In this document: one piece after another, positions 19,349 to 29,360 of the stretch
Position numbering within the stretch: the stretch's first letter is position 1
Layout: every line of letters begins with the position of its first letter
Translations under genes and position numbers: made by a program
The notes under the pieces: generated by a model
What the model was told of the DNA's origin: nothing
Databases searched by the model: none
Seen by the model: the letters and a program-made list of their open reading frames with translations, nothing else
IMG/VR virus record: IMGVR_UViG_3300050507_000132
Location: 1-64,000 of that record
Length of the DNA: 64,000 nucleotides
Strand: one strand, 5' to 3'
Origin: a virus
Lineage: Duplodnaviria; Caudoviricetes

Positions 19349-19653
19349 ACCGCGCCGTGGAAGCCCTCCGGGCCGTGTTCGAGAACATGGACTCCACCGG
19401 CCGGGCCGGAGACGAGTGGGCGTACGAGTGGGTGCAGGAGGCATGGCCCGAGCTGGTTCCACTGGATCTGCGGGTGGCCGCCGGAGATCCCGGCGCGGCC
19501 GAGGACCCGGCGGCCACCCCCTGTCCGAACCCGGAGTGTCCGCACCTCCTCGCCCTGCACGACACCGAGGGGTGCACGGTGACCGTGCCGTGTGACGACC
19601 CGGACTTCGGTCCTACCATGACCTGCCCCTGCTGCGAGAGGTGGACGCCGTGA
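19345..19653 (+). CDS. Hypothetical protein
   Basis: Coupled ORF. Confidence 0.45.
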   Translation: MNRAVEALRAVFENMDSTGRAGDEWAYEWVQEAWPELVPLDLRVAAGDPGAAEDPAATPCPNPECPHLLALHDTEGCTVTVPCDDPDFGPTMTCPCCERWTP

Positions 19654-20135
19654 GCCGCGTACGGATCGTGCCCGAGTACCCCGGACTGGTGATAGCAGAC
19701 GACGGCCGGATACAGGGCCCGTCAGGGAAGTGGCTCAAGATGTCCCCATCGCCCATGTACATGTCGTTCAGCATCTACCGGCCGGGCCGGACCCCGGGGC
19801 GAGGCTGGACCCACGTCGCTGTGTGCACGGCGTTCCACGGCCCGAAGCCGACCCCGGAGCACGAGGTGGCCCACTGCAATGGGAACCCCCTGGACAACCG
19901 GGCTGACAATCTCCGGTGGGCCACCCGGCAAGAGAACGCGAGGGATGCGGTACGTCACGGGACGTGGACCCGGGGTGAGAGGCAGGGGCACTCCCGGCTG
20001 ACGGCCGTTGAGGTCATTCAGATCCGGGCCCGGAAGGCTCAGGGGGAGAGCCTGGATGCTCTGGCACTGGCCTACGGGGTGCACCGGGCGACCATCGCAG
20101 ACGTAGTGAAGCGCCGGTCTTGGAGGCACATCTGA
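19650..20135 (+). CDS. HNH endonuclease with C-terminal HTH
   Basis: HVAVCTAFHG..P..EHEVAHCNGNPLDNRADNLRWAT..EN. Confidence 0.85.
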   Translation: MSRVRIVPEYPGLVIADDGRIQGPSGKWLKMSPSPMYMSFSIYRPGRTPGRGWTHVAVCTAFHGPKPTPEHEVAHCNGNPLDNRADNLRWATRQENARDAVRHGTWTRGERQGHSRLTAVEVIQIRARKAQGESLDALALAYGVHRATIADVVKRRSWRHI

Positions 20136-21823
20136 TGGTCCATGATCTTCTGCGTCTGCGCGAGTACCAGCGCCAAGCAGTCGACGCCGTGCACAAGGCC
20201 CACGATGAGGGCATGCAGCGTCCGGCGGTCGTCATGGCTACCGGCCTGGGCAAGACCGTCATCCTGAGCCACCTCGCAGCCGAGCACATCGAACGGCGCG
20301 GCAGCCGAGTGGTCGTGCTCGTGCACCGTGACGAACTAGTGAACCAGACCCTGGACAAGCTGGCATCGGTCGCCCCGCACCTGAGCCTCGGGCGTGTCAA
20401 GGCTGCGGATAATGAGCTGACGGCCGACGTGATGGTCTGCTCGGTACAGACCCTCGCCCGGGAAAATCGGATGAACGCCCTTCTGGACGCACAGACGTAT
20501 GCCGGGCCAGTCGGCCTCACCGTGTGTGATGAGGCACATCATGCGGTCGCGACGAGTTACCGGAACGTCATGGCTGCGCTCGGATGCTACGACGGAACCG
20601 CAGATCACCTTGCGGTCGGTTTCACGGCCACGCTCGCCCGGGGTGACGGCCGGGGACTCGGCGACGTCTGGGATGACGCGATTTTTACGAGGTCCGTTCT
20701 GTGGGGTGTGGCGAACGGCTACCTGGTGGACGTGCGGGCCCGGCAGGTCGAAATGGAAGACCTCGACCTGGGCTCGGTCAAGCGGTCCGGCGGGGACTAC
20801 CAGGCCAAGTCTCTCGGCGAGGCGATGCAGGCGGCCGGAGCTCCGGAGCTGATCCGACAGGTGATCGACAAGCATGCAGCCGACCGCCGGTCCATTCTCG
20901 TGTTCGCACCGACGGTGTCCCTCGCCTGCGAGATACAGGGACACCTCTCGGCCGCAGGCATACCGGCGGCCGTCGTGCACGGCGGTACGCCCCGTGAGGA
21001 GCGGCTGGAGTTCTACGAATCGTTCCGTACCGGCCGTACCCGGGTGATCGTCAATTGCATGGTGCTGACCGAGGGGGCCGACTTCCCCTACGCGGACTGT
21101 GCGGTGATCGCCCGGCCGACCCGTAACGAAACGCTGTTCATTCAGATGGTCGGCCGGGTACTGCGGCCGTCGCCGTCCACGGGCAAGCGGGACGCTCTCG
21201 TCCTGCTCATGTCCGACGGTGCGGGATCCATCCGTACGCTGATCGACCTCGAACCCGAAGTCGTCGTTCCCGTGCTGGACGGGGAGTCCCTCGCCGAAGC
21301 GTTCGAGCGGCAGGAGGAGATCCGCGAGCAGCAGAACGCCGACCGGGCAGCCGGGGAGAAGGCTCGGCCGCTCAGGCTTCAGCTCAAGACACGCGACCTG
21401 GACCTGTTCCGGTCGTCTCCGGCGTACCAGTGGCTGCGCACGACGAAGGGGGTTCAGTTCATCCCTCTCGGAGGCGTGGGAGAGATCATGCTGTGGCCGT
21501 CCGAACAGGCGGGTCTGTGGGACGTCGTGCACGCCCCGGAGGATCCCGCCACCCGTCGCCGCAGCAAGTGGATGCGCCTGCACACCGGCCTGGAGCTGGG
21601 CATGGCCATGGCCTGGGGGGAGTCGGAGGCCGAAGAGCTCTCGGCCCTCAACACCGGCAAGAACGCATCATGGCGCAAGAGGCGGGCCAGCGAGGCACAG
21701 CTCAACTACGCCCGGCGTCTGGGGTTCGAGGTCGAGCCGGAGATGCGCGCGGGCGAGGTCGGAGACATGATCTCCACCGGTGTGGCGAGTCGGCATATCG
21801 ACCGCTACGCACAGCACCTGTGA
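20135..21823 (+). CDS. SF2 (DEAH-type) helicase
   Basis: ATGLGKT, DEAHH, GFTAT, TEGADFP, QMVGRVLR. Confidence 0.9.
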   Translation: MVHDLLRLREYQRQAVDAVHKAHDEGMQRPAVVMATGLGKTVILSHLAAEHIERRGSRVVVLVHRDELVNQTLDKLASVAPHLSLGRVKAADNELTADVMVCSVQTLARENRMNALLDAQTYAGPVGLTVCDEAHHAVATSYRNVMAALGCYDGTADHLAVGFTATLARGDGRGLGDVWDDAIFTRSVLWGVANGYLVDVRARQVEMEDLDLGSVKRSGGDYQAKSLGEAMQAAGAPELIRQVIDKHAADRRSILVFAPTVSLACEIQGHLSAAGIPAAVVHGGTPREERLEFYESFRTGRTRVIVNCMVLTEGADFPYADCAVIARPTRNETLFIQMVGRVLRPSPSTGKRDALVLLMSDGAGSIRTLIDLEPEVVVPVLDGESLAEAFERQEEIREQQNADRAAGEKARPLRLQLKTRDLDLFRSSPAYQWLRTTKGVQFIPLGGVGEIMLWPSEQAGLWDVVHAPEDPATRRRSKWMRLHTGLELGMAMAWGESEAEELSALNTGKNASWRKRRASEAQLNYARRLGFEVEPEMRAGEVGDMISTGVASRHIDRYAQHL

Positions 21824-21904
21824 CCGTGTACGGCCGGACCGGTTCATCGCCGGTCCGGCCGGGTAGGCTGATTTAGAAAAATCGACCAAGGAAGGAGGAC
21901 CCCG

Positions 21905-22198
21905 ATGGTCAGTTACAGCGACGCACTGCGTCCGATGACCGAAGAGCGGGTCCGGCAGATCGTCCGCGAGGAGATCGCCGCTGCGTTCCGCGTTCTCGCC
22001 CGGGGAGCAGATCATCTGGACGGCTACGACGCGGCCGAACTGGACAGCCGGGCCCTGGGCAACATCGTTGACGCGGCCAACGCGACGGTTCGTCGGCTGA
22101 CGTGCTCGCACGAGTACAGCTCCACCTGGGGGCCCCGGTGCTCGCGCTGCGGCGAGCCGGAGACCGTTCCCGCCGACCCGTTTGAGGAGAAGAGCTGA
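21905..22198 (+). CDS. Hypothetical protein
   Basis: AAGGAGG SD downstream of a palindromic operator. Confidence 0.55.
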   Translation: MVSYSDALRPMTEERVRQIVREEIAAAFRVLARGADHLDGYDAAELDSRALGNIVDAANATVRRLTCSHEYSSTWGPRCSRCGEPETVPADPFEEKS

Positions 22199-25170
22199 TG
22201 GCCCGGGGTAACTGCCGTTGCTGCACGAACGAGTACAACATCAACGCTGACGGCACGGTCCGCTACCACCTGACGGACAAGCCGGAGTGCCAGGAATCTC
22301 CAGGCAGCCGCAAGTGCAAGGGTGTTGGCGAGATGCCTGAGGGTGCGGACCGTCCGGTCGGAGAGCCGACGGGGTACGTCTGCCGTGTTCCCGCCGGACC
22401 GGCCGGTTGCGGCCGATCGGTCCAGCTCACGGCCAACGGCCGGGCCCGCAGCCACCTGGACAACCAGGGAGCCAAGTGCGACGGCGGATCGGACTGGCCG
22501 CTGGCCGTGGACGACAAGGGCAACCGTACGGACACGGCGCCCCGTGGAGAGATCCTTCAGGCCGCCGCGTCGGAAGATCTCCGCTTCGGCTCCGACGATC
22601 CGGTGGAGGACTTCCTGGGTACGGGCGGCTCGACGGACGACGAACCCGACCCCGTTCGGCAGCTCGGGCTGGCCGGAGCGTTCGATCCGCAGGACCCCGA
22701 AGGACCGGGCGAACCTGCGTCGGACGACCCGCACCAGCGTGAAGCGGATGCGGCTCTGCATCAGGCACGTGTCCAGGAGCTCCAGGACCAGGCTGCTGCG
22801 GCCCTCCCTGTCGGCAGCGCTCTGGAGGCCCTGATGGATCGGGCCGTGGGCGATCCGGGAACGGTTCTCGACCGGATGGACGTCCCCGGCCGGGTGACCA
22901 ACGGACTCCCACACCCCGACGCGCCCGGCCCGGCCTTCTGCGAGCACGACTTCTCCGGCCAGCATGAGGACCTCGTGGACCGGGTGTCCGCCTGCCTCAA
23001 GTGTGGACTCGTCGAGTCGGACACGCTCCCGAACGATCCGCGTGACGACGAGGACCGGGCGGACGTCCCCGGCCGGGTGACCATGGAGCTGGCCCACGAC
23101 GGCGCCGGACTGTTCGATGAGACGCACCGGATCACCGACGAGTCGGGAGTCGACTGGGTTCACCCCGGAGCAGCCGCAGATTGCCGTCTCCCGGACTGCT
23201 GTACGCACCCGGATGGCTTCGTGTACGGGGACGACAACAAGGGCCACAGCGGCTCGTTCTGTTCCGTCTGCGGGACGGAGGAGCCCAAGCCGGATCCCGC
23301 CCCCTGGCGTACCTCGGGCGACCTCCTGGCCAAGATGCCGTCGGCTGTCAAGGACATCGCAGCTCAGGACCCGTCATGCTGGGACTGCGGCCACCCGGTG
23401 ATCCCCCAGGTAGCCCGGTTCAACATGTACGGCGAACCGGAGGTTGTCACATGGGGCTGCGAGACCGGCTGCGAATACGGCTCCCGCATCCCGCACTACG
23501 GAGCTCCGTGCCGTCCCCGGACGGCCGCTCAGACCACGGTCGGCGACCTGGACGAAGGCGCCTTGTTCGTCCGGCACACCAAGCCGGAGCCGGTCGGCTC
23601 CCTGGTCTACCGGGCGAGCGCACCGGTCATGGGTGCGCTGACGGTCACCGTTGTCAGTGCCGGACCGTACGGTGGCCGGACCGGCACGCTCACCAATCTC
23701 AGTGAGGAGATCACATGCACAGATCTGAACGGCCGTCCCCGCCCCCGGCGGGTCCCCCCGGAGTTTTCCGCGTCGGCCCCGGTAGCAGTCCGGCCGACCT
23801 CGAAGCCGCAGCAGCCTTCCTCTCCGGCGACCGGATCGACGACGGCCCCCGCAAAGGCCCCTGGTTCTACGCCTCCTACGACGGCGAGTGCTCCGGCTGC
23901 GATGGCGCCTTCTACGAAGACGAGCTCATCCGGGCCGACGGAGAAGGCGGATGGGAGGCACAGGAGTGCTGCGGCGATGACGACTGACGCACAGGCGGCC
24001 GGAGACTTCCTCGCGGCCGGGTCGGGCAGCTACGGCGAGGCTGAGGCCGAGTACGGCCGGTGGGGCCGCTACAAGCTGCGTCATCCCAGCACCGGCAAGA
24101 CGGTCGAGTGGACCCGTGCGACGACGTTCGCGAAGTCGATCAGCGACACGTTCACCCTGTCACAGTGGGGCAAGCGCAACGTTCTGCTCGGAGCGACGAA
24201 GCGCAAGGACATCGTCGCCCTGGCGCACGGCAAGGACATCTCCAAGGACCGTGAGCAGCTCAACCAGTGGACCGAGGAACTCGAACAGGCGGCCGGAAGC
24301 AAGGTCGCGGCCAACCTCGGTACCGCCGTGCACAGCTTCACGGAGCGGGTGGACCGCAACTGGGACACCCGCTGGGATGTACTGCGCAACGACGTACCCG
24401 AGGAGTTCCGGCCGCACGTGGAGGCGTACATCCTGCTGCTGGAGGAGATGGGCCTGGAGCCCGTTCCGCACATGATCGAATTCTCCACCGGAGTGCTTCA
24501 GTACGAGGTGATGGGCACGTCGGACAATTGCTACCGGTGCACCAAGCACCTCGAACTGGACATGCCCCGGGGCAAGGTCCGTCTGTCACCCGGCGAGCAT
24601 GTGATCGGGGACAAGAAAACCGGCAAGGATCTTGACTACGGCTGGCAGGAGATCTGCATTCAGCTCGCCCTGTACGCGCAGGGAGTCAACACCCTGGGTC
24701 TGTTCGACTGGGGTACGAAGACGTGGGAGCCGGATCCGCTGAGCCGGTATGCCGAGCCGGGCACCAAGGTCCGCACTGACGTCGGCGTCATCCTGCACCT
24801 GCCGGTGGATCCGCGCTCGACGAAGCACGCTGCCGTGCACGGCGTGGACCTGGAGTCGGGCTGGAACGCCACGGTGCTGTGTGAGCGCGTGCGCACCTGG
24901 CGCAAGCTGCGGACGCTGAACGGTACCGTGGCCGTCGTGGACGCCGACCCGCTGGCGGAGGACCGCCGCACGGATGCGCCTGCTTCTGCGGTGGTCCGGC
25001 CGCCCACCCTGCGCGAACGGGCCGAACAGGTCACCTCCAAGCCGGAAGCGTCCGCCGTGTACCAGGCAGCCGTCGCCGCTCGGGTGCCGGTGGCGGAAGT
25101 CAAGGATCTGATCCGGATCATGCAGGAAAAGATCGCACAAGTGGCCGAACCAGGAGGCAGCAAGGTTTAG
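22198..25170 (+). CDS. Multi-Zn-finger protein read in frame into a C-terminal Cas4/RecB-like PD-(D/E)XK exonuclease (a separate start at 23977 is likely)
   Basis: Cys-rich N-terminus; GTAVH, GTSD, IGDKKTG, QLALYA motifs. Confidence 0.7.
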   Translation: MARGNCRCCTNEYNINADGTVRYHLTDKPECQESPGSRKCKGVGEMPEGADRPVGEPTGYVCRVPAGPAGCGRSVQLTANGRARSHLDNQGAKCDGGSDWPLAVDDKGNRTDTAPRGEILQAAASEDLRFGSDDPVEDFLGTGGSTDDEPDPVRQLGLAGAFDPQDPEGPGEPASDDPHQREADAALHQARVQELQDQAAAALPVGSALEALMDRAVGDPGTVLDRMDVPGRVTNGLPHPDAPGPAFCEHDFSGQHEDLVDRVSACLKCGLVESDTLPNDPRDDEDRADVPGRVTMELAHDGAGLFDETHRITDESGVDWVHPGAAADCRLPDCCTHPDGFVYGDDNKGHSGSFCSVCGTEEPKPDPAPWRTSGDLLAKMPSAVKDIAAQDPSCWDCGHPVIPQVARFNMYGEPEVVTWGCETGCEYGSRIPHYGAPCRPRTAAQTTVGDLDEGALFVRHTKPEPVGSLVYRASAPVMGALTVTVVSAGPYGGRTGTLTNLSEEITCTDLNGRPRPRRVPPEFSASAPVAVRPTSKPQQPSSPATGSTTAPAKAPGSTPPTTASAPAAMAPSTKTSSSGPTEKADGRHRSAAAMTTDAQAAGDFLAAGSGSYGEAEAEYGRWGRYKLRHPSTGKTVEWTRATTFAKSISDTFTLSQWGKRNVLLGATKRKDIVALAHGKDISKDREQLNQWTEELEQAAGSKVAANLGTAVHSFTERVDRNWDTRWDVLRNDVPEEFRPHVEAYILLLEEMGLEPVPHMIEFSTGVLQYEVMGTSDNCYRCTKHLELDMPRGKVRLSPGEHVIGDKKTGKDLDYGWQEICIQLALYAQGVNTLGLFDWGTKTWEPDPLSRYAEPGTKVRTDVGVILHLPVDPRSTKHAAVHGVDLESGWNATVLCERVRTWRKLRTLNGTVAVVDADPLAEDRRTDAPASAVVRPPTLRERAEQVTSKPEASAVYQAAVAARVPVAEVKDLIRIMQEKIAQVAEPGGSKV
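23715..23987 (+). CDS. Nested 90-aa Cys-rich ORF in an alternative frame
   Basis: GAGGAG SD 5 nt before the ATG; GC3-rich codons; GPWFYASYDGECSGC...IRADGEGGW...CC. Confidence 0.55.
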   Translation: MHRSERPSPPPAGPPGVFRVGPGSSPADLEAAAAFLSGDRIDDGPRKGPWFYASYDGECSGCDGAFYEDELIRADGEGGWEAQECCGDDD

Positions 25171-25325
25171 ATAAACCGCAGGTCCGGGTACGATTCAAGA
25201 GGTGCACCACCAAGGGGCGGGGACCGGGTGACCGGGCCCGGTAAACGTTCCGGGTCACGGTCTGACACCCGCCCCTCCACACAGGATCACAGGATCACAG
25301 GCACACCGGAGCAAAGGACACACAG

Positions 25326-25922
25326 GTGACCACAGCACAGCAGGACCCGTTCAGCGCAGAATCTGCGGCAGCAGCCCAGTTCCTCGGAGGGAACCGGTCG
25401 ATCGCCGCGAAGTTCCCCCGGGACGGGTTCAAGGTGGAGGGCACGGTCCTCTCCTTCCGCATGGAGCAGCGCACTGACATCGACAGTGGGGAGCCGCTCT
25501 TCTGGGAGGCCAAGAAGCCTACCGAGCAGAGCAAGCTGAAGTTCCCCTCCAGCGCCAGCCAGAAGAACGCGGTGATGCAGCTCATCGTGGAGCTGAAGGG
25601 CGAGCCCACGTTCGTCACGTGGGAGACCAACCGCTACATCGAAAAGAAGCTGGACGAGGACGACGGCGTCCGCATGCTGTACGTCAGCTCTCCCGAGCTC
25701 CAGAAGGCCATCGGCAAGGCCCTGACGGAGAAGAACCTCCGGGCACCTGAGGTCGGCGGCTACCTTGAGGTCATCAAGACGGGTGAAAAGCGCATCGAGG
25801 GCACCTCGTTCACGAAGTACCTGTACGCCGCGCGGTACACCCCGGCCGACCAGAACGACAAGGCGGCCGGTGACTTCCTGAGCCAGGAGGACGCCGCTCC
25901 GGCGGCCGACCCGTTCGCGTAG
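25326..25922 (+). CDS. ssDNA-binding-like protein
   Basis: Follows the exonuclease; beta-rich core; acidic tail ending DPFA. Confidence 0.55.
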   Translation: MTTAQQDPFSAESAAAAQFLGGNRSIAAKFPRDGFKVEGTVLSFRMEQRTDIDSGEPLFWEAKKPTEQSKLKFPSSASQKNAVMQLIVELKGEPTFVTWETNRYIEKKLDEDDGVRMLYVSSPELQKAIGKALTEKNLRAPEVGGYLEVIKTGEKRIEGTSFTKYLYAARYTPADQNDKAAGDFLSQEDAAPAADPFA

Positions 25923-25929
25923 GACCCCA

Positions 25930-25976
25930 CAGAGAAGGGCCCCGCCGGATCGCTGTCCCGGCGGGGCCCTTCTCTG
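25930..25976. terminator. Bidirectional terminator hairpin
   Basis: CAGAGAAGGGCCCCGCCGG / CCGGCGGGGCCCTTCTCTG inverted repeat between convergent genes. Confidence 0.75.
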
Positions 25977-25977
25977 T

Positions 25978-26661
25978 TCAGCCGCAGACGGCCCGGCCCT
26001 GTGCGGCACACGCACCGCACAGCACGGCGACACCCGGTGCGTGCTGCACCATCGCTCCCCTCATCACGATTCCGCACCCGGGCTGGTAACCTCCGACCTC
26101 GGGCCAGACGATCTCGTGCCGCTTCTTTCCGGTGCCTGCCCAGCGCAGGGCCTGGAGCTGGTCCTTGGGCATACGCAGGCCTTCCGGCCGGTCCGCGTCC
26201 CACCGGGGCACGTACTCCCCGAGCCCGTACGCGAACCGGCCCGCGATGCGCAGCCAGTCGGCGTCGCACTCGTCGTCCGTGGGGTATTCGCGACCGAGCC
26301 TCTTGAACGCGGCGAGCGCCATGGCTGTCTTGTCGGCTCCCCCGTTGCCCGTGGCGAACTTCTTCAGCGTGCTCGGACTGAGGATCATGTACGGGATCTT
26401 GCTGCGTTGCAGCTCCAGCCGGAGCGCGCCCTGGAGGTGGAGCAGGATTCGGCCCGCGTCGCCGAGCAGGCGCGTCGGCGCGTCCTCCATCACCACCAGG
26501 TCCGCTCCGCAGGTCCGGGCCGCGAGCCCGATGTGGTCGGCGTAGTACTCCAGCCGGTTGTCGCCGATGACATGCTTCGGGGACGAGACGGTGAACGTCG
26601 TTTGGTCCGGCAGGCCGATGCCGGTGCGTGTGATGCTCGGGTCCACTCCCATGATCCGCAT
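25978..26661 (-). CDS. RuvC-like Holliday junction resolvase
   Basis: IMGVDPSITRTG, VVMED, LKKFATGNGGADK, DECDA. Confidence 0.85.
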   Translation of the reverse strand: MRIMGVDPSITRTGIGLPDQTTFTVSSPKHVIGDNRLEYYADHIGLAARTCGADLVVMEDAPTRLLGDAGRILLHLQGALRLELQRSKIPYMILSPSTLKKFATGNGGADKTAMALAAFKRLGREYPTDDECDADWLRIAGRFAYGLGEYVPRWDADRPEGLRMPKDQLQALRWAGTGKKRHEIVWPEVGGYQPGCGIVMRGAMVQHAPGVAVLCGACAAQGRAVCG

Positions 26662-26751
26662 TCCGTGTTCCTCCCTGGTCGGTTTAGATAAATCACTGAT
26701 CCGGGTATACCCCGGTTGAGCACTGCCCATCCGACCAAGGAGGCATGGACC

Positions 26752-27597
26752 ATGAGCATTCCCGGAGAGGTGCAGGGACGACGGTTCGAGGTGACCGAAC
26801 TCCCGGCCAGCCTGCTGGAGATCGACCCCGGCGTGCAGCGGATGCTGAACACGAACCGCGTCCGCAAGCTGGCCGACAGTTTCGACGAGTCCGCGCTGGG
26901 GGTCTTCACCGTGAGCGCGCGGACCAGCTCCACCGCCGACCCCGGCCAGAAGACCCGTTACGTCGTGCTCGACGGCCAGACCCGGCTCGCAGCCCTGCGC
27001 CGGTTCACCGGTACGGATGACACCACTCTGCCGGTGGTGTGCCAGGTCTATCACGGCCTGACACGTCAGGAGGAGGCGGAGATCTTCCTCAGCCACAACG
27101 ACCGTGCGGCGGTCCGGACCCTGGACAAGTTCCGCCTGGCCGTCGTCGCGCAGGAGCCGTGGGCCCTGACCTTGAACGATCTGATCACTCAGCACGGCTT
27201 CGAGATCGGACGGGGAGCCCGGCCTGATCGCCGGTTCACCGCTGTGTCGTCCGCACGCAGGATCATGAACCTGTCCGACGGCCAGGACGCCCTCAACCGT
27301 GCGATGGACCTATTGGTCCGTGCCTGGGGGCACCGCCGGAACGTTCTGTCGGCCGAGGCGGTCGAGGGCGTGGGCCTGCTCTACCAGCGTCACGGTGACG
27401 CCGTGGACACGGTGAACTTCGCGCGCAAGCTGGCCGGAGCGGACACTCCGCAGACGTTCAAGGCGGGAGTCCTGGCGCTGTACAGCGCGGACAGCGTCGC
27501 CCGGACCGAGGCCGCGTACCGCTACACGATCCGGCTGTACAACCATGGCCGCAAGTCCGCGAAGTACAAGCTGCCGGTCCGTGGAACCCGGTCATGA
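26752..27597 (+). CDS. ParB/Srx-like (DGQxR) domain protein
   Basis: IDPGVQR..., VLDGQTRLAAL; AAGGAGG SD. Confidence 0.65.
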   Translation: MSIPGEVQGRRFEVTELPASLLEIDPGVQRMLNTNRVRKLADSFDESALGVFTVSARTSSTADPGQKTRYVVLDGQTRLAALRRFTGTDDTTLPVVCQVYHGLTRQEEAEIFLSHNDRAAVRTLDKFRLAVVAQEPWALTLNDLITQHGFEIGRGARPDRRFTAVSSARRIMNLSDGQDALNRAMDLLVRAWGHRRNVLSAEAVEGVGLLYQRHGDAVDTVNFARKLAGADTPQTFKAGVLALYSADSVARTEAAYRYTIRLYNHGRKSAKYKLPVRGTRS

Positions 27598-27653
27598 ACG
27601 GCACTCTGGGTAACATCCCTTGCAGGGAGCATACGACCAAGGGAGTGCTGACC

Positions 27654-28121
27654 ATGACCGACGTATACGACGATCTGCCCTTCGAAGAGGACGCCGGAAC
27701 CGTCGCCATCTGGAACATCGTGGACCGCAACGGCCGTCTGAACGTGCTGGACGCCATGTTCCTGGGCATGGGCTCCAGCTACCGGCCCGAACACAAGGGG
27801 CACCCCGAAACGGCCTTCGCTCCCCGGGGCGTGCACTGCTCGACCTGCCGCTGGACAGAGATCCGGCTCTTTCAGGACGTGGAGTCCAGCCGTCTCTACG
27901 TGGTCAAGTGCGGAGTGTCGAACGTTCCGGAAGAGCGTGACCTGATCGAGGTCAGCTCCGTGGCGACTGCGTTCGAACTCGTGGAGTCCCTCACCACGAC
28001 GGACCGGCGCTCGGGCCGTCCGATCCTGCCCATGCCGTCTCGCATGGCTCTGGCCCAGTCCGTGTCGTACAGCGACTCCCTGCGGGACGCGTACATCAAT
28101 TCCCCGGTGACCCGGTCATGA
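27654..28121 (+). CDS. Hypothetical protein
   Basis: AAGGGAG SD; CSTCRW motif. Confidence 0.55.
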   Translation: MTDVYDDLPFEEDAGTVAIWNIVDRNGRLNVLDAMFLGMGSSYRPEHKGHPETAFAPRGVHCSTCRWTEIRLFQDVESSRLYVVKCGVSNVPEERDLIEVSSVATAFELVESLTTTDRRSGRPILPMPSRMALAQSVSYSDSLRDAYINSPVTRS

Positions 28122-28205
28122 GCAGCCAGCAGCCTTCGTTCCTGTGGGGACGGCTGCTTCTCCTCACGGTGCTCGTGCTGATCATCGTGGCGGAAGTGAA
28201 GGGCC

Positions 28206-28448
28206 GTGGCTGAGACATCCATCCGTCCCGCATGGCTGCCCGCGCACTTCGGCGGGCAGTCCGTGTGCCGGTGCCAGCAGTGCGGATCGGGCCCGGGTAT
28301 CGACTACGAGTCGACCCGCATGGTTCTCGTCGCGGAGCGCCGGATCAGGCTGAAGTATCTGCTGACATGCAACGAGGACGATCTCAGCAGCGAAGAGCAG
28401 GATGAGCTGGACAACCTGTTGCACCTCTATCTGCACCGGGAAGCCTAG
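28206..28448 (+). CDS. Hypothetical protein
   Basis: ORF in the operon. Confidence 0.45.
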   Translation: MAETSIRPAWLPAHFGGQSVCRCQQCGSGPGIDYESTRMVLVAERRIRLKYLLTCNEDDLSSEEQDELDNLLHLYLHREA

Positions 28449-28457
28449 AAAGGATCA

Positions 28458-29240
28458 ATGAACATGGTCAACATGATCAAAACGCCCATGGTTGATCTTC
28501 AGAAGACCGCGAAACTCAGCCTGGCCAAACACGGTCTTGAGGCCGACGGACAGGGCGGCATCAAGGTGCGGCTGGTGCTGGACCACAGTGTCTCCATGCA
28601 GCGCTGGTACGACGCCGGAGCCGTACAGAGGCTGACGGAACAGGTGCTGGGTCTCGCATCCGCCCTGGACGACGACGGCATGATCGAGGTCTGGTACTTC
28701 GGCTCGAACGTGAGCGACGTACAGACGCTGAGCCTGCGCCCGACCGACCCCAGAGCGGCACAGGCCGGGACCCGGCGCCGGGGACTGTTCGGCCGACGCG
28801 CCGGAGCACTCCCCCCGGCCGTGGACCCGTACTACGTCGGCTGGGTCGACAGGACGCACCCGGAGCAACCGTGGGGCTCGACGAACTACGTCGCCGCGAT
28901 CAGCGAAGTGGTCGACTACCGCAAGGACCAGGGTGAGACGGAGCCCAGTCTGGTGATCTTCCAGACGGACGGCGGACCCAACAGCCGTCTGGCCGCGTCC
29001 CAGACCCTGAGGCGTGTCTCCGGAGATGACGTGTTCTTCGCGTTCGTGGGATTCGGTCCGAAGGGGTCCGGCGGCATGGACTACCTGGACCATCTCAACA
29101 ACATTGGCGGCCGGGTCCGGGACAACGCCTCCGCGTTCATCTGCGGCGACCTGAACACATTCGCCTCCCTGCCGGACTCCGCCGTGTACGACGGTGTACT
29201 CAAGGAGTTCGTCGGCCAGTGGCTCCCGCAGGTGCTGTGA
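28458..29240 (+). CDS. vWA domain protein (Ter-associated type)
   Basis: MIDAS motif VLDHSVSM, WGSTNY, FQTDGG. Confidence 0.8.
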   Translation: MNMVNMIKTPMVDLQKTAKLSLAKHGLEADGQGGIKVRLVLDHSVSMQRWYDAGAVQRLTEQVLGLASALDDDGMIEVWYFGSNVSDVQTLSLRPTDPRAAQAGTRRRGLFGRRAGALPPAVDPYYVGWVDRTHPEQPWGSTNYVAAISEVVDYRKDQGETEPSLVIFQTDGGPNSRLAASQTLRRVSGDDVFFAFVGFGPKGSGGMDYLDHLNNIGGRVRDNASAFICGDLNTFASLPDSAVYDGVLKEFVGQWLPQVL

Positions 29241-29360
29241 TGGAACGCTGGCTGCTGCCCCTCGCCGCTTTGTTCCTGTCCGTCCTGCTCGTGGTCGCGT
29301 TCGTCCGGGGCTGGTGAGCTACCCTCCTCATCGGGACATCCCGACGATCGAGGACCACGG

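Noticed and set aside
22198-25170. Cas4-like exonuclease as the acquisition module of the repeat array
   Set aside because: It lies about 11 kb away on the other strand among recombination genes, and such nucleases are routine in actinophages; nothing in the sequence links them.
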